This document shows, one piece after another, positions 38,271 to 49,410 of a stretch of 64,000 nt of DNA. Where the stretch lies: the NCBI GenBank assembly GCA_030390025.1, contig CM059426.1, positions 34,658,001-34,722,000 of the forward strand, written 5' to 3'. Numbering within the stretch: the stretch's first letter is position 1; the number at the start of each line of letters is the position of its first letter. The notes under the pieces were generated by a model that saw only the letters and a list, made by a program, of their open reading frames with translations, was not told the DNA's origin and ran no database searches. Source of the DNA: Squalus acanthias. Its lineage: Eukaryota. The position numbers were made by a program, and so were the translations under genes.

Positions 38271-39290
38271 TTTGTGTTTGTCTTCATGGAAGAAGATGCA
38301 AAAAACTTCCCAGAAATAGTGGAGAACCAAGGGTCTAGCGAGAATGAGGAACTGAAAGAAATTAGTATTGGTAAAAAATAATTCCCCTGGACCTGGACCT
38401 GATGGCCTACATCCTAGGGATTTGAAAGAGGTGGCTATAGAGATAGTAGATGCATTGGTTGTCACTTTCCAAAATTCCATAGATTCTAGAACGATTCCTG
38501 CAGATTGGAAGGTAGCAAATGTAACCCCACTATTTAAGAAAGGAGGGAGAGAGAAAATAGGAAACTACAGACCAGTTAGCCTGACATCAGTAGTAGGGAA
38601 AATGCTAGAATCTATTATTAAGGACGTGGTAACAGGGCACTTAGAAAATAATAATAGGATTGGGCAGAGTCAGCATGGATTTGTGAAAGGGAAATCATGT
38701 TTGACGAATCTGTTAGAGTTTTTTGAGGTTGTAACTAGCAGAATAGATAAGGGGGAACCAGTGGATGTGGTGTATTTGGATTATCAGAAGGATATACTTG
38801 CCATAGAGGGAGTGCAACAAAGGCTTACCAGACTGATTCCTGGGATGGGGGGACTGTCCTATGAGGAGAGATATGCCTATATTCTCTAGAGTTTAGAAGA
38901 ATGAGAGGTGATCTCATTGAAACATACAAAATTCTTACAGGGCTTGACAGGGTAGATGCAGGGAGGATGTTTTCCCCTGGCTGGGGAATCTAGAACCAGG
39001 AGTCACAGTCTCAGAAGAAGGGGTCGGCCATTTAGGACTGAGATGAGGAGAGATTTCTTCACTCAGAGGGTGGTGAATCTTTGGAATTCTCTACCCCAGA
39101 GGGCTGTGGAAGCTCAGTCATTGAGTATATTCAAGACAGAGATCGATAGATTTTTTGGATATTAAGGGAATCAAGGGATATGGGGATAGGGAAGGAAAGT
39201 GGAGTTGAGGTAGAAGATCAGCCATGATCTTACTGAATGGCGGAGCAGGCTCGAGGGGCCAAATGGCCTACTCCTGCTCTTTTTCTTACA
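38271..39290 (+). mobile_element. Internally deleted CR1 LINE (its 5' part begins ~37536, before the MITE)
   Basis: ORF 38368-38889 PGPDGLHPR...WKVANVTPLFKKG..NYRPVSLTS...QHGFVKGKSCLTNLLEFF..VDVVYLD is fused directly to the C-terminal KDILAIEGVQ; 3' tail ends ~39290. Confidence 0.92.
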
Positions 39291-39613
39291 TACATACAAG
39301 ATGAAAATAAAATACACAGAGAAGGAACGTGAAGTAATTATTGCACAATTTTATTGGTCAGGTTTTGTTTTAGTGTAGGCGTGTTCTGTAATTAAACGGT
39401 TAGAACACTGCTCAGCAAAATTAACGGTTTGGGTTATTTCCACATTTATTGCCATCAGCTGATTTCCCCCCCCCCCCCCCCGTCCAGTAACTCGAAACCT
39501 CAGGTAAAACAAAGCGATATTTTAAGCAAGATTCGTTATTGTGCAGACGAGGATAAAGTCAGCCCGTTTCTATAAATCCTCAATATTATTATTTTTTTTC
39601 TTTTCCTTCCCAG

Positions 39614-39906
39614 CGTGCAAACGCAAAGAACAAGAACAGAACAAAGAGAAGAGCAATACACCAAAGAAGCCACGGCTAGTTTTCACTGACCTCCAACGCC
39701 GAACTCTTTTCGCCATTTTCAAGGAAAATAAGCGCCCTTCCAAGGAGATGCAGATCACAATCTCGCAACAGCTCGGTCTGGAGTTGACCACCGTCAGTAA
39801 TTTCTTTATGAACGCCCGGAGGCGAAGCTTGGACAAATGGCAGGACGAAGCCATGTCGAGCCCAGGCGCTTCATCGTCGACCTCAAGCACTTGTACCAAA
39901 GCATGA
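39614..39906 (+). CDS. ONECUT2: ONECUT2 coding exon 2 (homeodomain, stop)
   Basis: Acceptor TTTTCCTTCCCAG|CG; (A)CKRKEQE...KKPRLVFTDLQRRTLFAIFKENKRPSKEMQITISQQLGLELTTVSNFFMNARRRS (F48/M50 ONECUT homeodomain)...STCTKA-TGA. Spliced CDS 1102+293=1395 nt, 464 aa. Confidence 0.97.
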
Positions 39907-42900
39907 TTGAGGACAGTGCACCTGAACTGGGCACAACTCAACACCTTTTCTTTCTTTTATTTTTTGCTTTTTGAAGAGGCTGTTCAGTGGTGAGTGCATA
40001 AGCACAATCTTCATCAACACACTTTTTTTTTAAAAAAGGGATGGCACATATTTGAAAGTGTCTGGCATTTAAGATTTCTCCCTAAATTATTTGAGCCCTT
40101 GCTGTAAACTGACAACGAAGCTGAGAGTCTATTTGGTGAATTTTCCGACGTTATCAGGCAGGGCACATCGAGCTATGTTGCTGAGCAATATGTCTAGTGC
40201 TTTGTCTGAAGATAATTGTGACACAATAAGTTCAGTTGTGAGTTGCTTCAGTTGTCAGTTTCTGGCAGCTACACAATGATTTTTGATGCGGTGAAACTGG
40301 CACAGACACTGACAGTAAGTGACGTCCATTTTGAGCGTGTTTTTTTTTTAAAAAAAGGAACCTCAATAGAATTATTGGAGAACATTTGTACAATCATGCT
40401 ATCTCATCACTAACCAGGCTGTTTAAGAATGGGCTGCTAGTGGTGAGTAGGCAAGCACAAAATATCAAAGGCATTTCCGGAGATTTTCAGTCCTGCGTCC
40501 ACGCAACACGATACGAATCTTGAATGATGCTAGTAAACGTGCCCTCACCGCTAGAGCCACCCTTTGGGTGGAGCTGCTAGTGGTGGGAATGCAAGCACAA
40601 CCTTCAAGCACATTCCTCCCAATCACCAAATCCGCGACATTCTGTAATGTCCAATCATATGGTCTGTTTTGTTTTTGTTTCCAGAAGATATCAGGAGCAT
40701 TCAGTCGTGAAGGCAGCTGTTTGCTGCAGGAAGAGTGCATATTGTTTGTCTTATTAGTTGTAGATTACTATGCATTCATACACTTAGATTCTATTCTTGG
40801 GCAACACTGGTTTAGTACTGCAAACGCACTGAGTAGCCCGTGTAAAGGGGGCTGCCCATGGTGAGTGCAGAAGCACAAACATTAAATAGTTTTATTTTTC
40901 CTAAAACTAGGCATCAATACACCTTCTTCCTACATGTGCACATTCACCACTGAACGGGCCCTTTAAGAACACCATTGACGTGTTCAAAGGCAAGCCAAAG
41001 GCTTTAAAGACTCTCGTGAAGACACTTGATACTTTTTTTTCTATTTATTATTAAATCGAAACCAAAGAAACTTTTTTCTGCACCTAATTGTTCTGCAACA
41101 AACTTGTAAACAAAAGAAGCACGTCAGGAAACAACGTACGCACTGTGTTTCAATGGATGTCTTAGTCGTTTTGGGAAGCAGAGTTACGAAAGGGTTAACA
41201 AGCAAAGTAGCAACAACAAGGGAGCAATGCCACGGATCATTGCTGCTTCATTTGACGACACTCTCCGCCTCTTAAAGTTGAATATTGTCTTTAACGTGTG
41301 CCTATGCAGTTTTTGAGAAACGTTGTACAGAACAACAGAAAACCTCTTCCGCTTCAACCAAAGTCAGCTTCACAGAGACATGGATCTGTTTTGTAGTTTT
41401 TATGCATTACAGTTGAGTGCTGTTGGCACTATTGGCCTGTCTTTCAATGTTCGTCTTATTGAGAGAGGGAAATGCCCACTCAGTTTCACAATTTCCTCCT
41501 AATTAGCAATTCCAATGGAACAGGATACCAACAAATGGATCCAAATGGCTCCAAGCACAAGATGTTAGGGTGCAGATTAAACACCTCTACCAAAGATAGC
41601 AACCCATTCCCATAGCTCGGTAAAGGTAACTAAATATGGGAGTGTTTGCAAACTGTATGTTGCATTACATTAGTTACTAAGCATTACTGTGGTGTCTGAT
41701 TTTAGCCATATGCATTTAACAAGCATTCAACATAGCCAATGGTTCTTACTCAAGTCTCAAGTTGGATAATTTAAGTGAACTTTAACCTTTCATTAATAAT
41801 TTTGATGATTAGTCTATCATAAATTAATGCAGTTCATACAATATTAATATATTCCAAATTATTTTATTTGTATTGTATATCTAGTTTAAAATGTATAAAC
41901 TTTTTATTTTGAAATGTTGACATGATAATTATTTATTTTAAAAGGTCAGATTCAATTGATCCATAGATTTTAAAAAGTTCACTCTTCATCTTAAGCACAA
42001 AAGAGTCCATTGGTTATGTTTGTTGGTGAATTTAGTAAATGGTTACAGTCGCTAGTTTATCATTTACACTTTAACCTAAGTATCCTATGAGTTTCTTATT
42101 CATTGTGTGTCGATAGACGTTTAGCTCAGCATCTTGTGCATGGAGTCCCTGCGCACGTCCAAGACGAGTTCAACTTTCAAGAACATCAGGAAATCTACGA
42201 TAATTTTACAAAAAGAAGACAGTGCAGTATTGGTATACTGTAGTCCAATAGCTTTACCCAGGAATGTGGAAGCTTTTATCCTTAAACAAAGCTATATCCA
42301 AAGAAACCAAACCAATTGGACCAGCAAACTGAAGGTTGACCCTCACAGAGAGAATGACAGTACTTTCCCTGTGTGGCTCTTATTGTTTTGTATTAACTCA
42401 GATGTTAGAAATATGCCGTATTGTGGTAACAAGTTCAGACAGTTGACAGTGATATTTTCATTGCTAGTCACAATACCCATATGCCATGTAAGTGATTTAA
42501 TTAACAAAAGTTGATTTCTAAACAAGTTTGTAATTTTTAAAGTGCTTTTGACTAGTTTAGAAATCAAAAAGCTATATTAGCTTTATTATTATTATTTGTA
42601 TTATTTTGGGTATTTATTGTGAACTATATATTTAAACGGTGATTTTTCTCTTATTTATCAAATACTATAAATGTATTTAAAATGAAAGATGCAGTGCTTC
42701 AAATGGCCTCTAGTTATCACATTGTCTGCTTATTTTATAAAGCAGAAGAAGTTAATTCCTTTAACTTTGATTGATTTTCTTTTGTATTTTATTAGAACAA
42801 ATACAAATTACCGCTGGGAGTAAAATTGCAAGTGCATAAATATACATCTAACACAAGTCCAATTCTGCATCCTGTAAATTCATAGAAGAGAATTGGAGAT

Positions 42901-45900
42901 TTAGATTTTCTAAATTGTACTAATAGGCATCCTGTAATAGTTGAACATTATGCTTTCTGTGCAGAAACTACCTGAGCCAATATCTCAACATGTTTTCATT
43001 ATCATTATCTATTTTTGGATTTTAGCACCTTTAAGCACTGCATCTTTTATTCTCAATTTTCAATGCCAAAGAATTATCCCACTATAAGCACTGAAAGATA
43101 TCCCTTCAGTCTTATTAGTAATAACATGGACAAGCAATGATTTTATATGGAACAATACAGCATGTACTGATGGGAAAGTGAATACACAACAGGAAATACT
43201 TTAATGATCTTTCCACCATTGTTTAGCCCTGTGTCCAAATGGCTTTAGACAGTTTCTTTCGATTGTGAAGAAGTCTTTAGCGTTAGTGACAAGAGACAGA
43301 AAAAAAACCCTGAACTCGCTGCTTCCAGGTATGAACTATGTGTAAAAGCTCTTTCTACTTCTAGTGAGAACCAAAGAGGCTACCTCACTGAATTTTTCCA
43401 TTTGTAATTTTAATCGCGTCGATGATACCAAAGATACCAAAGATTTCTTTCTCTGCACGGTCTGCGTTTTGCTCCTGCTCATGTATAGACTGTCTCCTAA
43501 ATACAGCTGCAACTCAGATACCCCAAAGATCTAAATGGTGGTCTGCACTCATTCTAAATGTGTGTTTTTTCTGTGCTGTAAAAAGACAATTTCCTTATTA
43601 GAATCCATCATCAAGAGACCAAATGTACTATGTTCAGTAATTTTTGTACTTGTGGTCAACTATTTTAAAAAAAAGCTAATGTCACCAGCATTTCGCTGTA
43701 TTGTGTTTATTGTGATAAATATAGATCTAAAATATGCAGCAGTTTTGATTGGAGTATATTTAAAATAATTAATATTTCACTATATGGAGATGCTGTTTTA
43801 CAGAATTCTGTCCTTTCTAAACTAAAATGAGTAAAATCTACTAACAGGACCCAGGAAACACATAATTAAAGAGAATAATTGTTACCGCAATATAGGGGGT
43901 GTTAATATTCTCATATATTAGCAAGGTGAGTTGGTAAACATGGCAGATTCAGTTGCTATGGTGCCACTCAGATTGTTTCATCTAGCACTGTCTAACGCAC
44001 AGCTCTTTTCACTCTTCTAAATGCAAACATCGCCCTGTCTAAAGTTAGTTCAGTCATTATAATATGGGGCCTGATTTATAGTTAATTAGTACAATGTCAA
44101 TTTAAATCCTAAAAAATCTGAGATTGGTTGACCAGCAATTATTTAGGTCCTGTTAAAGGTCTTTAGATTGAAGAATACAAATTCTTGAAAAAAAATCTAG
44201 ATGAGAAAACAATAATACTCAGTGAATAAATCTCAAATTTCAGCAGGAAAAAAACCCCTGAAATGAATATTAAAAATTTCATATAGTGAACCAAATACCA
44301 CTGCCTAAAGTGAATCTTCCAGCAGTTCCTTATGATCTAATAGGGAGCTTTGAGTTAATTAAAGCACTTGTGCTTTGCTTGCTATTTTAAATAGCACTCT
44401 TCTCCCTATACTTATATAAAACCTGCTGGATCAATAATTACAGTGGTACTAATAGGTAATTCAAGTTTACTTCATAACAAGCTACGCAAGGTTTTTTTTA
44501 GTGTAATAAAATTTCTTTCAATCTATTCGTATAAAATGTACTCGCGCAAACTTTAGTTAATCAGTTTATTTTTGCAGCCCAGGGGGAGAAAAAAAAACTC
44601 TGCCATGTAATGTTACCAAAGTCATGACATTTTTACTGATATTTAGAGAAGAAGGCTGGAAAGATTAATTTGCATTCAGTTGAATTTATATGTACTCAGA
44701 TTATGTCAAACCAAACCAGTGCCTAGATTGTCTGATGTTTTAGGTCTTTGGTAGCTGTAATATGCCCAAATCATATCCCATTTATGAATGCACAGAAAAA
44801 ATAAATAAATACACATCCTGAATCAGTGGCCACCATTACCAAAATACCTGTACTTAAAAAAAAACCTAAAATCTAGATGCACGCTTTAGTTGCAAAGTGT
44901 GATAAACCACGGGACGAGTGCCTTGCTTGAACCAAAGCGGTGTTTCTTTCCAGTTTCTAGACCTCTGTGCATTTTTTTATTCCTGTGAATACCTCAGCTT
45001 CGAAAAGGCCACCAATTTTTTATTGCTGGTGAGCCGCTATACTGTGGTGCTTTGCAATGCAACCATGCAAAGAACTAAACAAAGATACCAAAGTTTTCTC
45101 TCTATCTCAATCTCTATCTTCTCTTTCTCTTAAAGATACCAAAGCTTTAAAAAAAAAGAATTGATTGAGTAGGTTGGCAGCGCAGACCGTGCATTCCTTA
45201 CCGAATTTTCTCAGATATACCTCATAGATAATAGTGTCTAGGGTGATGTTATTATAGCATATGTAATAAATTATTCACTCGTTTTTTGGTAACTGTAACT
45301 ATGATATAAAAAAAAGCTTTATACGTTTTAAGTTGTGATTTTTGTAATAGGTGACAGGTGCGCTTATGGAAGGATTGTAAATGTTTCATGGAATTTGGGG
45401 AAGTTGCAGAACGAGCCCAAAGTTTACAGTTTTCATATTCTGAAGAAACAATCCGTTGTTTTTTTTCCTTTGTGTGTGTGTATGTGTGTTTAAAATGCGT
45501 TTATTTCCACATTGTCCTACATAGACTTATTGACTAATTGTTATGTGTTAAAAGTGTAGTGTTAAAATTAGCAACTGCCAAACAGTGCTATAATTTTATG
45601 CATGAGGTTGTAAAAATTTAGCAAAGGTGATGCATTGTGATTATCGAGAGTAATATTTTTTAATTTAAGAAAATAGATTTTTTTTTCTTTTTTAAAATAG
45701 ATTTTATTTATGCATGAGAGCCTGTTATTTGTTAGACATTGTGGAACAGTTGTGTATATATTGGACTGTGAAAGCAAACGCAGTTGAATTGAATACACTG
45801 GAAAAGTTGGCGCACAGGGATTGGGATGGGTTGATGTGTCAATTTAAAAACAAATCAAAAATAGGACTTAGCGTAAACAAAAAGTCAAATCCTGCACACA

Positions 45901-46651
45901 ACTAATAGGATCCTTCAAACCACACTACTGCCACTTACAATGGCTTTCAACAGTTTGACATTACTATAGTGAGAGAAAGCATTTTCCAGATCAAGAAAAC
46001 ACCCAAACGGAATTAATTCAGTTATAAGGTAGAATTTCTGATGTGTGGATGTTTATAGCTAGAGCTCTTGGTCGATCTGATCAAGAGAGAGGTGACTTTG
46101 TTTTGTTATTTATTTGCCAAAGATGAGGATGGGGTACATAAGTTTGGACCAGAGGAGAGACAGTCAGCAGATGTTTGTTCATATGTATGTTTTTTTCTCT
46201 TCCAGAAAGCTATTAGTGTTCTTCCATAGGACAAAAGAGTGACTCAGTGTATAAAAAATACATTTCTGATACTTTTGTTTTTCAAATTTAACTTGGGACA
46301 AGATTTTGGTTTCAAATCTCACTAAATGCTTTTAAACCAAAAGGTTTGGTTGTTTTCCTTATAATTTTAAAGGTATGAAGAACATAATAGGAGATGTGAG
46401 TTGATGCAAAGGTTGTTTGTGTATTAATCAATACCGAGTGAAAGGGAGTTAATTATTATTGACTAATGCATGCCAGGATTAGTTTTTTGCATTTTGCTTA
46501 AATCCAATTCTACAGGGCTTCAGTAAACAATATGTGACAGTTGTTGAGAATGCTGGTGTTCTATTGCTCTAACACTTACAAGAATGGCTGATTACAACGC
46601 ATTCAAAGGCTGGGGTGATGGCTATTTTTCAACCTCTCAGGGAAACACATT

Positions 46652-46836
46652 GGGGGCAGCTTTAATCTAACTCGCCCATAGGGAAACTGGCGGGATCGGG
46701 TGCAATGCTAGTTTTACACCCAGCCCAATTTTACTCTCCATTGTAGTCAATGGAGTAATATTGGGCAGAGTGTGAACTGGTGTTCCATCCAATCCGGTGG
46801 GTTTCCCACCTTATGGGATAGATTAAAATTAATCCC
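46652..46836. mobile_element. Degenerate palindromic MITE
   Basis: Imperfect fold-back centred on CTCCATTG-TAGT-CAATGGAG; ends TTTAATCTA / TAGATTAAA. Confidence 0.65.
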
Positions 46837-47754
46837 ATTGTGTCCCTACTAGGTATGGTTTTCTGTGCCTTGATCACTAATATGCTCACTTATTGTACTT
46901 ATTTTTCCTCTCTTGTCAGTTTAAGACACATGTAATTCCCTTCACTGTTTTCCCAGTTTCCTTCCTTCCTCGAAAGGTGCTGACTCATGTTGTGGCACAG
47001 TTGCCCTCCAGGATGCCCAAATGCCATTCTTCATGAATGAGTCTAGATAGTGAGGCAGACTAATAGACTGTGCCTATGATACTGTACCTGGCCAGGAGGA
47101 GAGTATCTTTTGGTACTAAACATAAATTTGCTATGACTGGTTCTTCTAATACCTACACATGTGTCAAGATGGTTTGCATGTTTTCTTCATCCTTCATAGC
47201 ATCTTGCCTGTGTTACTGTTTTCTGTTGTTCTTGTATCATGCTTTCTACTTCAATTTCTGACATCTGTTCTACCTATCTGATAAAATCACTAAAACAGCT
47301 GTGGGATAGGGCTACATGTTGCAGTCCGGTTCTGTCTTTAATGGGACAGTGAGAGTAGTGCCACAGACCATTTAAGATTCATGAGACAAGTCTAATGGGG
47401 GTAGCACGATACTTAGCTGAGCACCCAGGGAATTCTGTTTCTCCATCACAACAATGTGGGATAAGGAGTATGATTCTCATGATACACTGAACCTTTTGTG
47501 CATGATCAGTGGAATGAAATAAAACAAAACCTTCTTTAGCAATTTTACAAGTGCCATTTTGCAATGAAACACATAATTAAAGCAAATTGTCCAATTCGTG
47601 ATGTGAAGAGACCACTTTTGAATTGCAGTTGTTATGATTTGTTGCAATATGTACTTTAATGCCAAATTATAATATTAAAAATATTTTCACTCGCTGACTC
47701 ACCCAAATAAACAGAACTGTATTTTCTAAAGTGAGCATTAAGCATTATCCTGCT

Positions 47755-48110
47755 GCTCTCCTGGTGGCTCAGTGAATAAACCTGGTATAGGAAGATACTG
47801 GCCAGGAAGATCCCAGTTCAATCTCTGGTCTGTGCTGAATTGGCTGATCTCAGCTGGGGGAGCAGTAGAGAGTGCCAAAATGAGCACCACATCAGCCAGT
47901 TCCCACTCTTAATTGCAGCCTAGTAACCCCTGCTGGAAAGCACATGTGTGTGGATGTCAGGTGAAGGCAGAATCAGACTTGGCTACAATGCATCCCCATG
48001 ATCATGTAGCATACCAACATGAACTGCCTAAGAATAGCCACTTGTGTGAGGTACCAGGGGGAAGCTAGGAGCCGTTGAACTGTTTCGCAGGGTGAATCAG
48101 CCTTCAGGAG
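47755..48110 (+). mobile_element. Old tRNA-headed SINE-like repeat (unclassified)
   Basis: GGTGGCTCAGTG head, then TCTGTGCTGA(A/G)TT(A/G)GCTG.TCTCAGCTG. Related copies at ~35010-35300 (+), ~58940-59290 (+), ~46950-47070 (-) and ~53465-53600 (-). Confidence 0.55.
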
Positions 48111-48329
48111 TGGAGGGGAGGGGAGGGGAGAAAAGTGGCGGTTTGTTTCCTCCTAAAACAGAAGTTTCCATAAAATCCTCAGTTCTGGTTAGACAGATCA
48201 CACAGAAAATCTAAAACCAGTGACCGCCTCTCAGGTTAAAGCAAAACAAAAGGAGGAAAAGTTAGTTGAGTCTAATAAACAAAACTGGCTAAGTTTTCTG
48301 ATGAGACCAGACTGGGGGTTGTAAATAAA

Positions 48330-49270
48330 ATGGAACAATAACAAAGGGCTTTGGATATATTAAGAAATTGACCTGACAAGTAGTAGATGTTGTTTAATAT
48401 GTATAAATGCAAAGTGATGAGACTGAGGAAGGGGAATACGGCGTAGGGCTATATGCTAAATGGTATTATTCTAGGCAATGCAGGAGAGGGATCCGGGGCT
48501 ACTTGCGGTTAGCTACCTAAAACCATCGGCATAGTGTGTGGCAACAGTAAAGAAAGTAATCAAAACTTTAGGTTATAGAACCAGAGGGATAGAGCATAAG
48601 TCTTAGGAAGTGATAACAAATGTGTACAAAGCACGTAACTAACTACATCTGGAATAGTTTGTACAATTCTAGTTACCATTCTTCATTGGAGAGGGTGCAG
48701 CGAAGGGGAATTGATACCTTGGATTAGGTAACCTGAGTTTTAAGGAGAGGCTACAGAAACTGGAGACCTTATTGAGGTGTTCAACATTCTAAAGACTATC
48801 GAGCGTTGAAATGACTATAGGTGATATTAGCAGATGAATGCTTAGTACGTTAATATAATCTTCTCAGTGCTATTTTAACAGAGGCGTTAACATGTTTTAA
48901 ACAGGTTAACATATGCATTAAAATGGTGGACAGGAGAATGTCATGGGAGCATGTTAAATCGTTGTCCATTAATATCACTAACAGTAATTGGGTAAGTTGA
49001 ATCCTCATGATATGTTTGACATAACCACAAACACGACAGCAAAGGTGGCATGAACTCAAGCTCAGGGTAAAGAGACAGTTTAGATTGAACTACTTTACCC
49101 AGATGGTGGTGAATATGTGGAACAGACTGCCCAGGGACAATGGAGGAAGATAGTGTTGTAAATTGAAGAAGAAACTGGTTTTATGTGACAGAGAAAGTGA
49201 TTGAAGGGTATGAGAGATAGAGTAGTATATGATATTTTGGGGACTGGCTAGATGGACCATAATGGACCAT
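48330..49270 (+). mobile_element. Old degenerate CR1-like LINE
   Basis: Decayed motifs TTTAATATGTATAAATGCAAAGTGATG, CATCTGGAATAGTTTGTACAATTCT and TACTTTACCCAGATGGTGGTGAATATGTGGAACAGACTGCC. Confidence 0.65.
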
Positions 49271-49281
49271 AACTTAGTCAA

Positions 49282-49410
49282 AAGCAAAATACTGTGGATG
49301 CTGGAAATCTGATATAAAAACAGAAAATGCTGGAAATACTCAGCAGGTCAGGCAGCGTCTGTGGAGAGAGAAACAGAGTTAACATTTCAGGTCGATGACC
49401 CTTTGTCAGC
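49282..49410 (-). mobile_element. Penelope-like repeat fragment (hammerhead core decayed)
   Basis: Reverse complement of 60265-60395; core reads CTGACAAAGGGTCATCGACCTGAAATGTT (CpG-type transitions). Confidence 0.75.

Noticed and set aside
39978-40878. CRISPR-like array reading of the four ~29-nt repeats
   Set aside because: Repeats are degenerate, spacers are long and irregular (~110-420 nt), there are no cas genes, and the context is a vertebrate 3'UTR.
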